Shown here piece by piece: positions 61,088 through 64,000 of a stretch of DNA of 64,000 nt. The position numbers and the translations under genes are program-made. Positions within the stretch are counted from its first letter, which is position 1. Every line of letters starts with the position of its first letter. The notes below the pieces were generated by a model, which did not search any database, was not told the DNA's origin, and saw nothing but the letters and a program-made list of their open reading frames with translations. Location: assembly GCA_050175015.1 (NCBI GenBank), contig JBFXJJ010000008.1, forward strand, positions 1-64,000, given 5' to 3'. This stretch comes from Alphaproteobacteria bacterium (GTDB lineage: Bacteria; Pseudomonadota; Alphaproteobacteria; JBFXJJ01).

Positions 61088-63038
61088 TTTGGTTTCCTCC
61101 TAAATCTTGATGGTTAAAATTGCTACCCTCTACATATCTACAACTGTTGTTTTCCAATTGTTTGCTAAGATAAATTTTATTATCTGGTAGAGGGTTTGTA
61201 GAGGGTTGGTTATGATTAAAGTTGTTGTTTTCTCTATGTTGTAGAGGGGTAGAGGGTTTAATCAGGTATCTGGAGAACGCATCTTTAAAATGCTCCTTGT
61301 GGTAACATTTTAAATTTTTATCATTCATTCTTTTTTGATGAGACTTAATGCCAAAATCTTTTAAGATTGCGGATAATTGAAGCGGGGTTATCGGTTGATT
61401 AAATCGCCATTCATTCCAAGGGCTTTCATCAATATCGGCAAGTTTTAAGCATAGCTCTTGAGAAGAAATAAAGCTTAATGGGTATTCTTTAAAAATATCT
61501 CTTATGTCGTTTAACAAAAGGGTTTTAATCGAGCTGTCATCATCAGCATAACCAATACTATCTGTGGTGTTCATCGCTATATTGGCAAGTTCTAGCCAAT
61601 CCCTCCCTGCAAGTTCAGCAATCGCTAAAAGAGGTCGCCAATTATCGGCGGTTCTATCATTTATCTGATTAGAGATTGTCGGGTCTGCTTCCTGAAGCTT
61701 TAAAAAGTTATCATCTGCAAAACGACTGCATTTTTGTTTTATAATGTTAAACAAAGAGCTTTTATCGCCTCTTAAGCGTTCAACAGTTTCTCCAGCAAAT
61801 TTTCTTCGCATCGTGATAATAATGCTTCTATCAGCTATGGTATCAGCGAGCTTGCCAATTCCTGCAATTGCACAAGGGCAGAAACAAGAAAAGATTCTAA
61901 CGCTATAACCTTTGTGGGCTTCAACATTGCGGATTACTCCGCCGCCTTTAATATGCCCTTCGTTAATAATGCCTCTAAGTTCCTCTTTTTCTTTTAAAAA
62001 AGCATCGGCTTCATCAATAAGTAAGGTTGGGGCATAAGCCTCAATGGTTCTAAACATTGCCGAAGCTGTAAGACTTGATACTCTTAAAGATTTACAACAA
62101 AGAAAATCCAAAAGCATAAGTAGGGTTGTTTTGCCGCATCTTTTTTCAGGGGAATGAATAAGAAGTCTTGGCGAATGCTCAAAAGCTTCAAAAGAGTAGG
62201 TGAACAAAACCCATAGAGCTAAAGTGGTTTCGGCATTTTCTGGCAAAACAAGATATTTTTTAAAGATGTCTCGAAGTTCATTTAAAACCTCAGCCCCATT
62301 AACGGGTTTTGAATATGGAGCTGGTCTTGGCAAACTAAGCTCTCTTCCTGCTAGAGCTTTGGTTTCTGTATTTTTTGTTTCTAAAAGAGTTCTTAAAAAA
62401 CTAATGGTTTTATTGTTGGGGATTTCATCAGCTAAATCCCAGCCTTCAGGAAAATAATCAGGAATTTTAACAATCGCTACTTCATTCTGTTTTTTTAAGA
62501 TTTTAAAAAGTTTAAGCATAGCTTGTTTGCCAGCTTCATCATTGTCAGCCCAAAGTTTAATTTTACGGTTTTGTAAAATACTCCAATTAGCTTTTGAGAT
62601 AGCATTAGCACCGCCAGCCCAAGTTAAAACAACATAATCAGGAAAAAGAAGCCTTGCACTATCAACAGTTTTTTCTCCTTCAACAATTAAGATGTTATCT
62701 TTTGGTCTTGCTTCCAAAAGTTCTTCGCCATAAAGAGGTCTTGGTTCAGAAAAGCCCTTCATGTGCCAAGCTGTTTTGCCATTTTCTAGTTTGCAATAAA
62801 TAAAAGGTCTAAATGTCTTTTGTTTAGTGCCATTAACTTTTTCATATCTGGCAATATAACCGACAAGCTTATTTTTAGCGTTTTTATAAGCATAAACATT
62901 TGTTGGCTCATTCCATTCCGCAATTTTAAAAGAAGGCTTTGGAGCATCACTAGGAACAGGAATAATCGATATTACTTCTGGCTCTTTTGTTAAGATGTTT
63001 GTTTTAGAAACATCTATTGGCTTAAAAAAATTAGTCAT
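61080..63038 (-). CDS. Toprim primase plus NTPase/DUF3631 replication protein
   Basis: IVEGEK and ADNDEAG (Toprim); SPEKRCGKTT, LIDEAD and R.ADNW.PL motifs. Confidence 0.85.
   Translation of the reverse strand: MTNFFKPIDVSKTNILTKEPEVISIIPVPSDAPKPSFKIAEWNEPTNVYAYKNAKNKLVGYIARYEKVNGTKQKTFRPFIYCKLENGKTAWHMKGFSEPRPLYGEELLEARPKDNILIVEGEKTVDSARLLFPDYVVLTWAGGANAISKANWSILQNRKIKLWADNDEAGKQAMLKLFKILKKQNEVAIVKIPDYFPEGWDLADEIPNNKTISFLRTLLETKNTETKALAGRELSLPRPAPYSKPVNGAEVLNELRDIFKKYLVLPENAETTLALWVLFTYSFEAFEHSPRLLIHSPEKRCGKTTLLMLLDFLCCKSLRVSSLTASAMFRTIEAYAPTLLIDEADAFLKEKEELRGIINEGHIKGGGVIRNVEAHKGYSVRIFSCFCPCAIAGIGKLADTIADRSIIITMRRKFAGETVERLRGDKSSLFNIIKQKCSRFADDNFLKLQEADPTISNQINDRTADNWRPLLAIAELAGRDWLELANIAMNTTDSIGYADDDSSIKTLLLNDIRDIFKEYPLSFISSQELCLKLADIDESPWNEWRFNQPITPLQLSAILKDFGIKSHQKRMNDKNLKCYHKEHFKDAFSRYLIKPSTPLQHRENNNFNHNQPSTNPLPDNKIYLSKQLENNSCRYVEGSNFNHQDLGGNQND
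61124..61258. repeat. Iteron cluster B within the 3' end of the primase gene (candidate ori)
   Basis: TACCCTCTAC at 61124; GTAGAGGGTT at 61187, 61198 and 61249; GTAGAGGG at 61241. Confidence 0.8.
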
Positions 63039-63355
63039 AGTTCTACCCCCAGCATTTGTGCGAGGTTGTGTAAGGCTTCAAGCTGGGTTGAGTTGGTTAA
63101 ATAAGCAGCTAGTGAAACAACATCGCTTCCCTTATCGCCAGTGGCAAAGTCTGCCCATTTACCAGTTTGTATATTTACTTTAAAAGAGCCCTTGCTCTTA
63201 TCGCTTCTGGTAGGGTTAAGTGCGATCCACTCGCAACCTTGCTTAACGCCACCAGGTAGCCATCTAGCTAAAATTGTAGGTAAAACCGATAAAGCAACAT
63301 TATTAACCTTTGCAAAATCCGCTTTACCCAAGTTGGATAAGTAAATTTTACTCAT
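63035..63355 (-). CDS. Stand-alone primase N-terminal (zinc-finger-like) domain protein
   Basis: NPTRSDKSKGSFKVN..TGKWADFATG.KG.DVVSL pattern; overlaps the Toprim gene start. Confidence 0.65.
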   Translation of the reverse strand: MSKIYLSNLGKADFAKVNNVALSVLPTILARWLPGGVKQGCEWIALNPTRSDKSKGSFKVNIQTGKWADFATGDKGSDVVSLAAYLTNSTQLEALHNLAQMLGVEL

Positions 63356-63590
63356 AGGTTTTGCTGGTTTCTATGTCAGAAGTGGTGTTTTCTTCAAGAT
63401 AAGCTTTTAATCCGCTTAAAGGATAACGGACTGCATTGCCAATTTTAACGATTTTAAGCTTTACTCTTTTGGTGCAAGCCCAAACTGAAAGACTGCCCTC
63501 TGAAACGTTCAGATACTCTGCGGCTTCTTTTCTGGTTAATAAAGGGTCGTCATTTTTATAAGTGGTTTTAGTCTGTTTATTAGCGTTCAT
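63348..63590 (-). CDS. Excisionase-like HTH protein
   Basis: LLTRKEAAEYLNVS..SL..W....KIG.AVRY motif. Confidence 0.85.
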   Translation of the reverse strand: MNANKQTKTTYKNDDPLLTRKEAAEYLNVSEGSLSVWACTKRVKLKIVKIGNAVRYPLSGLKAYLEENTTSDIETSKTYE

Positions 63591-63740
63591 AACGATAAAA
63601 TCTCCATAAAAAGGGTTAATGGAGATTATTTTCTGTTATGAATTATGCAGAAGTCTAATAGTTACTTTGCACGTGCAGAAAAAGCATGTAATTGTTTGTT
63701 TTATATAGTAAAAATAAATGTGCAGCCTGCATGCGTTACG

Positions 63741-63998
63741 TTACACTAACCCCTGTTTTATCCAATTTTTAAGAGTTCTGGTTTCAATAAGTTCTGTGCC
63801 TTCAGGAAAGTTACCTTTTTTGTGCTCGCTAGATATAGAATCTAAAACCTGCCTGATGTTGTTGGCATTGTTTTTTTCTTCAATTGTTTTCCAGCCCTTT
63901 TCTCTGTAAATTTCTTTAATTCTTCGTTTGATTGCTCCATATTTTTTTTCATTTTTTGAGTCAGCCGCTTTTTGTTTTATAGGGTCTTTTTCTGGTTT
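63741..63998 (-). CDS. 3' part of a hypothetical protein running off the window edge
   Basis: Open frame KPEKDPIKQ...RTLKNWIKQGLV* read manually; start lies beyond 64000. Confidence 0.55.
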   Translation of the reverse strand, partial: KPEKDPIKQKAADSKNEKKYGAIKRRIKEIYREKGWKTIEEKNNANNIRQVLDSISSEHKKGNFPEGTELIETRTLKNWIKQGLV

Positions 63999-64000
63999 TT

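Noticed and set aside
63600-63735. Hairpin over the xis RBS and clustered TGCA motifs as a regulatory switch
   Set aside because: The motifs are short and could be chance; they cannot be supported without the upstream regulator gene, which lies outside the window.

Overview
An AT-rich alphaproteobacterial chromosome segment, assigned from an alpha-type LexA box, the trpG-trpD-trpC-lexA order and an RcdA-like gene; it is probably an anaerobe or microaerophile. Positions 1-35.6 kb are mostly core genes (lexA, trpCDG, MATE, TolC-like, SLT, NAPRTase, class II DAHP synthase, nadE, gltX, cysS, PAS-GGDEF-EAL, U32, cspA). Two accessory-looking operons sit among them: a four-gene PLP/sulfur/methyltransferase cluster of unknown product (21.4-26.0 kb) and a rex-led hfs-like sensory plus catalytic [FeFe]-hydrogenase operon (26.1-31.7 kb). 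From tRNA-Arg(CCG) (35606-35683) to beyond the right edge lies an integrative, mobilizable element carrying a tyrosine integrase, an internal tRNA-fMet 3' half, Xis-like HTH, split primase/DUF3631, TraK, MobC and a MOBP relaxase. Its cargo is a dense defence island: an unassigned nuclease/helical-repeat operon, and an Eco57I-type MTase plus PLD-SNF2 helicase pair with Lamassu and an ApeA-like HEPN gene stacked between them. It also carries three TA modules and an MCP. The best sequence-level signals are chimeric gene-terminus repeats that delimit the stacked defence cassettes, a second gene-terminus duplication at the relaxase end, two homologous iteron clusters about 19.7 kb apart, an RP4-like oriT candidate, and a nested Cache-domain duplication downstream of an (AG)17 tract. 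All family calls come from motif recognition by eye; no searches were run.
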